Virus record (IMG/VR): IMGVR_UViG_3300047550_001246
Span: 1-56,160 of that record
From: a virus
Taxonomy: Duplodnaviria; Caudoviricetes
Strand: one strand, 5' to 3'
Length of the DNA stretch: 56,160 nucleotides
In this document: positions 9,901-17,876 of the stretch, piece after piece
How positions within the stretch are numbered: the stretch's first letter is position 1
Layout: each line of letters begins with the position of its first letter
Made by a program: the position numbers and the translations under genes
Notes under the pieces: generated by a model
Told to the model about the DNA's origin: nothing
What the model saw: the letters and a program-made list of their open reading frames with translations, nothing else
The model's database searches: none

Positions 9901-10829
9901 TTTCTGCCTTAGATATTGCAGCGGGTGCTACGGTGCCTGCGCTTTCTAAAACAATTGCAGACATGGGGTACAGAGCGCCTGCTTTTGAAGGAACTCCGAT
10001 TGAGAATATCCCTGAAGTTGTTGTTCAAGGAACCGCTCCAAAGCCGATTGACTTAACTTCGGTTGTTGGTCCCTTGACTGCTGCTCAACTAACGCAGGGC
10101 TTTACACAGCCTCAAGTTGATCCAACAACGGGTGAACTTAAAGAGCCGCCTAAGACGCAGCAGGAGTTGGATGCTATTGAAGAAGCCTTGAAGACCGGCA
10201 AACCAATACCGGGAACTGCAAGCGTTGTTGATAAAATTAAGGACGCTTACGATACTTACAAAAAAATTAGGCAAATTTCGAGTTTACTTGGCGGTCTTGG
10301 TGCAGCCGCTGCTGGGTATAAAAAGCCAGTTACTACAGTAACAACCCCCACAGGCCCTAGTGGTGCGCTGCCCAAGTATGAATTAAAGCGCACGCAGCTC
10401 CAGCCTCAGATTGACTACTATCGCTATGGCCTTGGTCCTGAAGCAAGGTTTTTTTCGGACGTTCTTAATCCGCCTCCGCCGCCAGAGCCGCCGCAACTTC
10501 CGCCCTCTAAGCCACCGGGTGATGAGCCGGTCTTTGCCGCTGGTGGTCTGACGGGTTATGCCAGGGGCGGTAGCAAGAAATCCCGTTACGTTGCTGGTCC
10601 CGGCTCTGGGCGGGATGACAAGATCCCGGCGCTGCTAAGCGATGGGGAATACGTGATTGATGCTGAAACGCTGGCTCTTTTAGGGGACGGCTCGACCAAA
10701 GAGGGTGCTCGGCGCATGGATAAGTTCCGTGCTAAGATCCGTAAGCACAAGGGTCGTGCCCTATCGCGTGGCCGGATTAGTCCAAACGCAAAGTCGCCCG
10801 ATAAGTATATGGGCGGAGGGTTGACCTGA
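6912..10829 (+). CDS. Large putative ejection (DNA-injection) protein
   Basis: 1305 aa: ~300 aa E/R/Q helix, Pro-rich linkers, hydrophobic G/A segment, four E[IV][VL][VI][TQ] motifs and a C-terminal GPGSGRDDKIPALLSDGEYV domain seen in phage internal/tape-measure-like proteins. Confidence 0.7.
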   Translation: MSRFYTYGDIPDVRGVFYEEGPSGLGFFSEPSFDYSPVFSQPLEDAPLSYFQDDRQLELDRQAEERRQFELFEAQRRQAEQEYARRLEQERAIELARQQQIAREQEAARQAEAARVAEMVRQQEMARQEALRQQEMARQEALRQQEIARQQEMARQEAARRAEEARMAEEARRAEEARQAEQQRQAELRIIQEQENARRAEETRRAEDLRRAEQQRIAEETRRAEQARLAREAQLAREAEVARRAEEEATSRRQAEAARREQERVATEQARLEQERVAEAQRQAEVQRQAELQRQEAERQETARRQAEMAEMQRRQAEQENSMRVEQERQAQLQRQQELADLQRREEARRAEEERARIPTPQEEVAISQPPLSQVGDELIPQAPPEDPMRGVSGPEMFRWSDGTYHFRPEESGQRTPIDQLPDYYRRLTEEALAKSPLQDIPDYMRQNLVGPSRTPPEMPEELIPTPRGENVPISPLTSLPSGPDPISDSWGYRGENVPVAPLESLPGPGLAGDDGRLPRGEDVPVAPLSSTVDFIRSQLGEQPQAPSSPLADTAAAAPSISDWTALSEQATAEFINSLSPEDRQALFDADMAGMARGSPLKESPLALNFSGAGFGGTYSLSPQALFTEGTGGADLETGSLYAPLSSPSIERGKELQKQREAFVTSKAGEMPGAADLKKAAEAMQAEAKREISAEEEKYLATLPQRRELSSLLKQGKFAEAFKYAADNGVTELITNPAELKNLRGAFSKDELGKFFSSMPEDLKPIFAPSGLQDEKFNFDPQKGVEYSVGQWRGETGFPLVSSAFMAKKDKTVENLAKVAGLAMLTAGFAPGLLGGAPAGGAAGAGGAGAGAGAAGAGAAGAGGALSAAELASILPEIVITSSKVSPLLTAAGAAGAGLAASQLGGGAAAAPTASTAPTTPVDPLQEILVTGSKVPPASLSAIGPGTLASLNLMRGVSDIPVDIYGRPVEPPPAEAPPETPPEEPLKEILVTAPKPISALDIAAGATVPALSKTIADMGYRAPAFEGTPIENIPEVVVQGTAPKPIDLTSVVGPLTAAQLTQGFTQPQVDPTTGELKEPPKTQQELDAIEEALKTGKPIPGTASVVDKIKDAYDTYKKIRQISSLLGGLGAAAAGYKKPVTTVTTPTGPSGALPKYELKRTQLQPQIDYYRYGLGPEARFFSDVLNPPPPPEPPQLPPSKPPGDEPVFAAGGLTGYARGGSKKSRYVAGPGSGRDDKIPALLSDGEYVIDAETLALLGDGSTKEGARRMDKFRAKIRKHKGRALSRGRISPNAKSPDKYMGGGLT
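7272..7385 (+). repeat. 33-nt tandem repeats encoding RQQEMARQEAL
   Basis: RQQEMARQEAL occurs twice, followed by RQQEIARQQEMARQEA; DNA copies are nearly identical. Confidence 0.85.
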
Positions 10830-12223
10830 TGAGCGTCGTAGACTTTCTTTTTGAGGGCAAGGCCCCGGCTCCGGTCACGCTGACCGGGACATCAGCTGTT
10901 CAGCTTCCCGAGTGGTATACCCAATACACCACCGACATGCTGGGCCGCGCTCAGGCCGTTGCAAATCTGCCTTATGCTGCGTATCCGGGGCCGCGTATTG
11001 CGCCATTTACCCCGACCGAGCAAACCGGCTTTGAGGCCACCAAAGCCGCTGCGGGGGCGTATCAGCCCTTTCTCCAGCAAGCCGGTTCAACTTTAGGACA
11101 GGCAGGAGCGATAAGCGGCCTGGGCGCGGCTGAGCCTCTCTTTACACAAGCCGCCGGAATGATGGGTGCGCCTGCCGCTGCGCCGTTCTTGACGCAGGCT
11201 GGCGGGATGTCCGCCGCCGCCGCAGCGCAGCCCTTTCTTGCGCAGGGCATTTCACCGATTAGCCGAGCAGGCGAGGCTTCTGCTGTATCAGCAGCGCAAC
11301 CGTTTTTAAGTCGCGCTGGCCGTGCGTTCCCGCAGGCTGTTCAGGAGTACATGAGTCCGTACATTCAAAACGTAGTTGAGCAGATCGGTGATATTGGTGT
11401 ACGTCAACTGCAAGAAAAGTATTTGCCGGAAATTGGTCAAGAGTTTATTCAAGCCGGTCAATTTGGTCCGGGTCCCGGCAGCAGTCGCATGGGTGAGTTT
11501 GGTGCTCGCGCTTTACGCGATGTGCAGCAGTCTATATTGGCTGAGCAAGCCAAGGCGCTACAAGCTGGGTACGGGCAGGCTGCGGATATTTTCGGAAGAG
11601 ATGTCGATCGCTTGACGCAACTTGCTGGAACGGTTGGTCAATTGAGTACTGCCGACTACAACAGAATGCTCGAAAGCGGAGCGCGCATTGCAGATGTTGG
11701 TGCAAAAATTGGCCAGCTTACGGCAGAAGATGCTCAGCGTCTTACCGAGATTGGCAAGGCAACTGGCGCGCTTACTCAGCAAGATGCCGCCAATCTTGCA
11801 AGAATTGCGGAATCTCGAGGACAGCTGTCGCAGCAAGATGCCGCTAATCTTCAGTCGCTTGCTTCGAAGTATTTGGGAATGGGCGAAGCTGCGCAATCCA
11901 TGGGGATTACCGGAGCAGAAGCCATTACCGGAGTTGGCGCAAAAGAACGCGCCATGCAGCAAGCCAATTTGGATCTTGCTTATCAAGACTTCTTGCGTCA
12001 GGAAGGATATCCAGAAGAAAGAATCAAGTTTCTTTCCAATGTGCTTAGCGGGGTTCAGATTCCAAAGACCGAGATTACAACTCAACAAACTATTCCGAAG
12101 GAAAGCGAACTTACGACGGGTCTTTCTGAAGCTGCGAATACCTACAAGGTTCTTGATGAAATTCTCAAGGGATCGACAGGTAAAGACATTGGTGATCTTT
12201 TAAGAAGATTATTTGGTGGGTAA
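10829..12223 (+). CDS. Putative ejection / DNA transfer protein
   Basis: A/Q/G-rich, with YMSPY, GQFG..SR and Q..LD..YQ.F....YP motifs typical of podovirus internal proteins. Confidence 0.7.
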   Translation: MSVVDFLFEGKAPAPVTLTGTSAVQLPEWYTQYTTDMLGRAQAVANLPYAAYPGPRIAPFTPTEQTGFEATKAAAGAYQPFLQQAGSTLGQAGAISGLGAAEPLFTQAAGMMGAPAAAPFLTQAGGMSAAAAAQPFLAQGISPISRAGEASAVSAAQPFLSRAGRAFPQAVQEYMSPYIQNVVEQIGDIGVRQLQEKYLPEIGQEFIQAGQFGPGPGSSRMGEFGARALRDVQQSILAEQAKALQAGYGQAADIFGRDVDRLTQLAGTVGQLSTADYNRMLESGARIADVGAKIGQLTAEDAQRLTEIGKATGALTQQDAANLARIAESRGQLSQQDAANLQSLASKYLGMGEAAQSMGITGAEAITGVGAKERAMQQANLDLAYQDFLRQEGYPEERIKFLSNVLSGVQIPKTEITTQQTIPKESELTTGLSEAANTYKVLDEILKGSTGKDIGDLLRRLFGG

Positions 12224-12229
12224 TAAGCT

Positions 12230-13168
12230 ATGGCACTTCCAATGAGCAGCATGCTTTCCGCAACAGGTCTTTCTGATCCGCGCCAAAAGATGCGCGAGGA
12301 TTTGATGCGCATGTACGGCGATTACATTCTCTCTGGCCCCAAAGCAACGGTACCTGCTGTTAAGCCAGCATCTGCTTCTGCCAGCACGGAGCCAGGGTGG
12401 GGCGATATCACTGCCGCTGAAGATGAAGAGGAAGAGATCAGCGAAGACAAAGGACAGATCGTAGAGGTTGACGAGGATGAAGAAGAAGCGACTGCTCCAG
12501 CGCAGCCGTTGGACGCTGCTGACGAAGAATTGGAAGCAGCCGCAGAAGAGGCAACAGAAGAGCCAGTTTCAAGCGCTGACACTTACGAAAGTGAGATATT
12601 AAAGCTTCTTGAAGAGGCTAAAGGAAAACTTCTCCAACCAAAAAAGCTTAGCATTGCAGACATTCTTGGCGCGGGAACGATGCGTCGATCTGCTCAGTTG
12701 ATTGGTGAAACTGAGAAGTTAAACGAAGAGCGACAGATGAAAGCGCAGGAACTTGCGCTTGATATCTTAATGCGCAAGTCGAAGATTGAAAAGGAACGCG
12801 AGGCTGCGCAGGCACTGGCTAAGTATCGACAAGGATTGATTGATGTTCGCCGAGCGGCTGCGGAAAAAGGTTCGCAAGATCCGACGCAAGTACGTGCTGA
12901 TCGAATTGCTGCAAAGGCCATGTTTCCAGATCTTCCTGAAGATCAGGCTTATGCAAAGTATCTTCGAGACGTTAAGTATCGACAGCGACCGGCTTCAGCT
13001 CAGCGACCCACTGAGTCTCAGATGCTTGCCTCTTTAAGAGCGAAGAAAGCTCGCGGTCAACCAATGACTGTAGAGGATGAGCAGCTTCTCAAGGTTCTTG
13101 AAGACAAAATAAAAAGAGAAAGCGCGCTTGAAGAGGCAATGAGAAGAAGCCTTGGGTTAGATAAATAA
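12230..13168 (+). CDS. Putative internal virion protein
   Basis: Acidic stretch plus helical region; lies between ejection-type genes. Confidence 0.55.
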   Translation: MALPMSSMLSATGLSDPRQKMREDLMRMYGDYILSGPKATVPAVKPASASASTEPGWGDITAAEDEEEEISEDKGQIVEVDEDEEEATAPAQPLDAADEELEAAAEEATEEPVSSADTYESEILKLLEEAKGKLLQPKKLSIADILGAGTMRRSAQLIGETEKLNEERQMKAQELALDILMRKSKIEKEREAAQALAKYRQGLIDVRRAAAEKGSQDPTQVRADRIAAKAMFPDLPEDQAYAKYLRDVKYRQRPASAQRPTESQMLASLRAKKARGQPMTVEDEQLLKVLEDKIKRESALEEAMRRSLGLDK

Positions 13169-13179
13169 CGAGGGCTACG

Positions 13180-16100
13180 ATGCCTAACTTTACGGTCATC
13201 GGTCCGGACGGAAAGAAGTGGAATGTTCCTGCACCTGAGGGGTCAACCCAAGAGGATGCAGACGAATACGTTCTGAAGTCCAAGTACGGCATCAGCAAGG
13301 CAGAGGCAAAGTCTGCTCCTGCTCCTGCGCGTGTAGATTTTATGCAACAAGGTCGGGCTGATGCGCGGCCTTCTCTTGCTCCGCCTCCAACGCCGCGACC
13401 GGCACCGGAGCCGGAGCGCCCTGCTGCTACGCGCCGTGGACCTGCTCCGCTCAGTCTGACTTCGCTGATTACTGAACCTGCGATGACAATGGTGTCTGGC
13501 ATCGCAAGTTTGCTGCCGTCGTATGCGCGCGGCCTGTACGGGCTTGCTAGAGGAGAGTCTGATCCCGAAGCGGCTGCGGCAATTCGCGAAACGCAGCGGA
13601 AACTAACATACGAACCGCGTACAGATATCGGCAGACTTGGGTTGGAGACGATTCGTCCGGTTGCGGAAGTGCTATCTGTTCCGTCTCAATTGATTGGTCG
13701 CGGCACCGAAGCAGTCACCGGCTCCAAGGTTGCTGGCACAATTGCGGAAGATGTGCTTGGCCCAGAGGTTTTGATCCCTGGTGCGGTGGGTGTGCGCGCT
13801 TTGGTTAAAGGTCGTCGCGCTCCGGAAGTGCCGTCAACGGCAATCGTTCCCGAAGAACCCGCTCCGCCCTTAACGTCCCCAGCGCCAGAGGTTCCAGCGG
13901 TCAAGCCTAAAAAAGGTAAGAAGCCAAAGGCATCGACGTTGCCGGTGGTTAAATCTCCGGATCAAGTCAACACGCAGATTACGAAATCTGAGATTGAACT
14001 GTCACCAGACCCAGAACTGGAGGCTGCGCGTATTGCTGCGCGCGATCTGCCGGAGAACGTACTACCTGGCGTGAAAGCCGGGGAACGTATCGCGCCTACC
14101 GTCGCAGCGCAGCGCAACATTACGAACGCTGCAAAGGAACTTCTCGAGACGGGAGAAGTCAAGATCGATCCTAGTATCCCGCCGTTCTTGCAAGTTGCAA
14201 ACCTGCTTCAGTCAGGTCGTTTGCGACCGGATGTGTATGTAGACATTCTAAAGCGCAACAATCTGACTCCGGAAGAGTTTGCGCAATCTTACGTGCAAGA
14301 AGTTTCTCAGGCTGGTCGCACGTTGCAAATCCTGAGCGACTTTAGAAAGTTTACCCGAGAAGCAGAAGATGCAGTCGAGGGCATCAACACGCAGGCTGCT
14401 GGTGGAATTGTTGACGATCGCGGCATCTTCCGTCGCATTGATGACATACGACGAGGATTGATGGTTTCGCAGCTTTCAACTGCGGTTCGTAACGGAACCG
14501 TTGGTGTTGGGCGATCTATTCTGGATACTGGCACAAAGTTGATTGACTTTGGCATTCAAAAAGCTACTGGCCGAATAAATCCAGATATGCCGCTTACTAC
14601 GGCAGGAGATGCCTTCGGTCAGATTCTTAATCTTTTAAACCCGAAACAGTCGTACGATCTTACAAAACGCATCTTAGAAGTTCGCCCGAAAGAATACGAT
14701 GAAATGTTCCGTCAGTACAACGCTGGCGTTTCACTAGGCGGCAAGTCTGGTGGCATTCTTGGCGCAGCGGAAAAGGGTGTGTATGCGCTAAACGTCTTTA
14801 ACCGATTCCAAGACAGCGTAATGCGTAGCGCAGTTTTTGCGGACTCGGTTGAGCGCGGCATGAAAGCGCGTGGACTTGACTTCCATGAAACGATGAAGTC
14901 TGGTCGCATGGGTGATATCCCGGAAGACATCGTACAACGTGGCGTTCAAGACGCCATGGAGTTCACGTTTTCAAATAAGCCAAAGACTAGAACAGAGCAA
15001 GCAGTTGTCACTGCGATTGATAACATTCCACCGCTTGCAATTGCTATTCCTTTCCCGCGCTTCCTGATCAACTCAATGCGCTTTATGACGGAGTACAGTC
15101 CTGCGGGTCCGCTGCATTTGCTGAGCAAGAACGAGCGGGCTGCGCTCAAGTCCGGTGATACACGGCTCCTTGCAAAGTCTCTGGCTGGATCGGGTTTGTT
15201 GTATGGCGCATACGCGCTTCGTGACTCTGAGTATGCTGGCGAGAAGTGGTACGAGCTCAAGGGCGAAGATGGCAAGACCATCGACATGCGCCCGTATGCT
15301 CCGTTCTCTGCATACCTTTTTGTCGGAGACTTAATCAAGCGCAATATCGACGGCACGCTTTACAGTCTCAAAGGGACTGATATTACGGAGGCGCTTGTTG
15401 GCATTGGTTCTGACAAGACGGGCTTGCAGTTGGTTGATGGGGTGCTTGGCGAGATGCGGGAAGACCCGGAGTATGGCGCGAAGAAGGCAAGCGATTACTT
15501 TGCAAAGCTTGGCGGCGAGTACGCTGGTACGTTCTTCATTCCGTTCCAGCAGATCCGCGATGTCATGGCGGAGTTTGAACCAGAAGAAGCCAAGATTCGC
15601 AGAGTTACAGAGGAGCCGCTGACTGCTCCGATTACATCCAAACTTCCTGGCGCGGGTCGTGAATTGCCCGAGTCGTTCTCGTACACCAACCCGCAGCCTC
15701 GGGTGCGTGAGTCTCCGGCGCTTCGCCAGGTTACGGGTGTCACCCAGATTTCGCCCAAGAACGAAGCTGAAAAAGAAATGGACCGGCTTCAGATCAAAGA
15801 GTTTGAAATCTTCAAGCGAACGGGCAACCCGAATGCGGATCGACTTATTGCGTCGATGACCTCTCGCCTCGTTGATGACCTAGTCTCAAAGATGGTTCAA
15901 AGCGAGAACTACACAAGGCTTTCCAATGATCAGAAGAGAGTTGTATTAAAAAAATTACTTTCCGAGGCTAATACTTTTTCTAGGAATCAAGCTATCAATC
16001 AAATGCCTGAAGCTTTTATTGAGGAAAAGATTAAAAGCTCTTTGAGTAAAGACGAGCTGCGCATGCTTGAAGAAGCGGGGATGAAGTTTCCAGAAAAGAA

Positions 16101-16449
16101 GGCTAAAGGTGGTCTTATAACTTCCGGAAACATTGATGTATCAAAACTTCCTGCCGTGCGTAACCCGGATGGCTCTTACAGCACCGTGCGGTCTATGGGT
16201 ATTGAGATGGATGGAAAGCATTATCTAATACCCAAGGTCGTCAACGGTCGTGTGGTGTCAGATGATGAAGCCTTCAATCACTTTATAAAGACCGGCAAAC
16301 ATCTCGGTATTTTTAGTAGCCGAGCTGATTCTGATGCTTACGCAAAACAACTTTCTGAAGCGGAAGCTAAAAGAATTGGTAAAGCTAAAGGTGGTGCTGC
16401 GTACACACCACAAGAAGAACTCTTGCTAAGAAGATACGCAAGCAGGTAG
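13180..16449 (+). CDS. Large internal virion / ejection protein
   Basis: 1089 aa helical protein with an N-terminal V.GPDGK...V.APEG module and a C-terminal domain flanked by KAKGG; last large gene of the tail module. Confidence 0.7.
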   Translation: MPNFTVIGPDGKKWNVPAPEGSTQEDADEYVLKSKYGISKAEAKSAPAPARVDFMQQGRADARPSLAPPPTPRPAPEPERPAATRRGPAPLSLTSLITEPAMTMVSGIASLLPSYARGLYGLARGESDPEAAAAIRETQRKLTYEPRTDIGRLGLETIRPVAEVLSVPSQLIGRGTEAVTGSKVAGTIAEDVLGPEVLIPGAVGVRALVKGRRAPEVPSTAIVPEEPAPPLTSPAPEVPAVKPKKGKKPKASTLPVVKSPDQVNTQITKSEIELSPDPELEAARIAARDLPENVLPGVKAGERIAPTVAAQRNITNAAKELLETGEVKIDPSIPPFLQVANLLQSGRLRPDVYVDILKRNNLTPEEFAQSYVQEVSQAGRTLQILSDFRKFTREAEDAVEGINTQAAGGIVDDRGIFRRIDDIRRGLMVSQLSTAVRNGTVGVGRSILDTGTKLIDFGIQKATGRINPDMPLTTAGDAFGQILNLLNPKQSYDLTKRILEVRPKEYDEMFRQYNAGVSLGGKSGGILGAAEKGVYALNVFNRFQDSVMRSAVFADSVERGMKARGLDFHETMKSGRMGDIPEDIVQRGVQDAMEFTFSNKPKTRTEQAVVTAIDNIPPLAIAIPFPRFLINSMRFMTEYSPAGPLHLLSKNERAALKSGDTRLLAKSLAGSGLLYGAYALRDSEYAGEKWYELKGEDGKTIDMRPYAPFSAYLFVGDLIKRNIDGTLYSLKGTDITEALVGIGSDKTGLQLVDGVLGEMREDPEYGAKKASDYFAKLGGEYAGTFFIPFQQIRDVMAEFEPEEAKIRRVTEEPLTAPITSKLPGAGRELPESFSYTNPQPRVRESPALRQVTGVTQISPKNEAEKEMDRLQIKEFEIFKRTGNPNADRLIASMTSRLVDDLVSKMVQSENYTRLSNDQKRVVLKKLLSEANTFSRNQAINQMPEAFIEEKIKSSLSKDELRMLEEAGMKFPEKKAKGGLITSGNIDVSKLPAVRNPDGSYSTVRSMGIEMDGKHYLIPKVVNGRVVSDDEAFNHFIKTGKHLGIFSSRADSDAYAKQLSEAEAKRIGKAKGGAAYTPQEELLLRRYASR

Positions 16450-16459
16450 AGTCAACCCC

Positions 16460-16675
16460 ATGAAAAAGCGGGAGAAGTACATCCCTGTCCAGATTGAGGA
16501 TGGGAAGTGGTACCGCATGAAGGGTTACACGCACACGGAGTGCTGTGACTGTGCACTTGTACACAAGGAAGAGTTCCGAGTTGTAGATGGCCATATTGAA
16601 TGGCGGGCTGTTAGGGATGACAAGGCTACGGAAAAACGCCGCAAGGAACTCGGCATCAAAATCACCAAGAAGTAA
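16460..16675 (+). CDS. Small Cys/His (zinc-binding-like) protein
   Basis: ECCDCALVH motif. Confidence 0.6.
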   Translation: MKKREKYIPVQIEDGKWYRMKGYTHTECCDCALVHKEEFRVVDGHIEWRAVRDDKATEKRRKELGIKITKK

Positions 16676-16677
16676 TC

Positions 16678-17676
16678 ATGCCAAAATACACAGACGATTC
16701 CGAGTTTATAGATGCTTGGAAACGGTTTAATAAAGCGAGCTTAATTGCTAAACATTTCAAGATGAATGTGAGATCCGTCTACGACAGGCGACGGATAGTA
16801 GAGCAAAAGTACGGCATTTCTCTTGTAAGCAATCAAAAGAGCACGCCATCCAGTAGCGTCAAAAACAAGATTGGCGACAGGCTTAACGAACTGGCTAAGG
16901 CTCGACAAGAAAAGTACGAATTAGAAATGTCCGACACGCTCAAGGATGGCGTGTTGATGATCGCCTCCGATGCCCACTATTGGCCCGGTATTGTCACCGC
17001 TGCCCACAAAGCCTTCTGCAACTTAGCCAAGCAGCTTAGTCCGAAAATGGTGATCCTGAACGGGGACATCTTGGACGGCGCTCGCATTAGCCGTCATGCG
17101 CGGATCATGTGGGAAAAGCAACCGCTGATGAAGGACGAAATCGCTGCCGTTCAAGACCGATGCGCAGAGATTGAGCGGGCTGCGGGAAAGGCCAAGTTGA
17201 TCCGCACCATTGGCAATCACGATGCCCGGTTTGAGAACTATCTCTCTAGCCGCGTGAGCGAGTTTGAAGAGATGACGGGCATGACCCTGCTCGACTATCT
17301 ACCGCGCTGGCGCGCGGGGTGGGCGGTACATCTCAACAGGGAAACCGAAGGCTGGTTAACCATCCGGCATCGACCTGTATCCGGTGGGATACACGCCTCT
17401 TACAACAGCACTCTACGGGCTGGTGTGTCGTATGTGCACGGGCACCTTCACAAGCTTCAGGTTACGCCTTGGGCGGACTATCGCGGTCGCAGATACGGCG
17501 TAGATACCGGGACTCTTGCAGAGCCATACGGACCGCAGTTCAACTACTGCGAAGCCGGACCTGTTAACTGGGCATCGGGGTTTGCCGTTATTACTTTTGT
17601 GGGCGGTAAGATGCTTCAGCCGGAACTGTGCGTTGTCGAACATGGCAAAGCCTGGTTCCGTGGAAAAGAGGTCTAG
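16678..17676 (+). CDS. Calcineurin-like metallophosphoesterase with N-terminal HTH-like region
   Basis: SDAH, NGDILD, GNHD, IRH and HGHLH motifs. Confidence 0.85.
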   Translation: MPKYTDDSEFIDAWKRFNKASLIAKHFKMNVRSVYDRRRIVEQKYGISLVSNQKSTPSSSVKNKIGDRLNELAKARQEKYELEMSDTLKDGVLMIASDAHYWPGIVTAAHKAFCNLAKQLSPKMVILNGDILDGARISRHARIMWEKQPLMKDEIAAVQDRCAEIERAAGKAKLIRTIGNHDARFENYLSSRVSEFEEMTGMTLLDYLPRWRAGWAVHLNRETEGWLTIRHRPVSGGIHASYNSTLRAGVSYVHGHLHKLQVTPWADYRGRRYGVDTGTLAEPYGPQFNYCEAGPVNWASGFAVITFVGGKMLQPELCVVEHGKAWFRGKEV

Positions 17677-17876
17677 GGGAATCTTACCCCATCAGTCTCG
17701 ACTTTTTGGTTTTGTAAAGACTCAACGTAAGCGGTAACGATCGCTTCGATGAACTCGTCAAACTTGTCTGGGGTGAACTCCAGAAAGTTATAGATTCCGT
17801 TTGCCTCGATGAAGTAACCCGCCGCCGCTGCGGCTTCGTTAATCGCGACCTGTTCGTTTGGTGACTTGTCGATCAT
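17673..17876 (-). CDS. Hypothetical protein (DUF6511-like)
   Basis: MIDKSPNEQ.AI...AG.FIE; coupled to the helicase stop. Confidence 0.6.
   Translation of the reverse strand: MIDKSPNEQVAINEAAAAAGYFIEANGIYNFLEFTPDKFDEFIEAIVTAYVESLQNQKVETDGVRFP

Noticed and set aside
6912-10829. Tape-measure protein or captured host tolA
   Set aside because: There are no tail tube, sheath or chaperone genes, and it lacks TolA's N-terminal anchor and C-terminal domain; its position fits a podovirus ejection protein.
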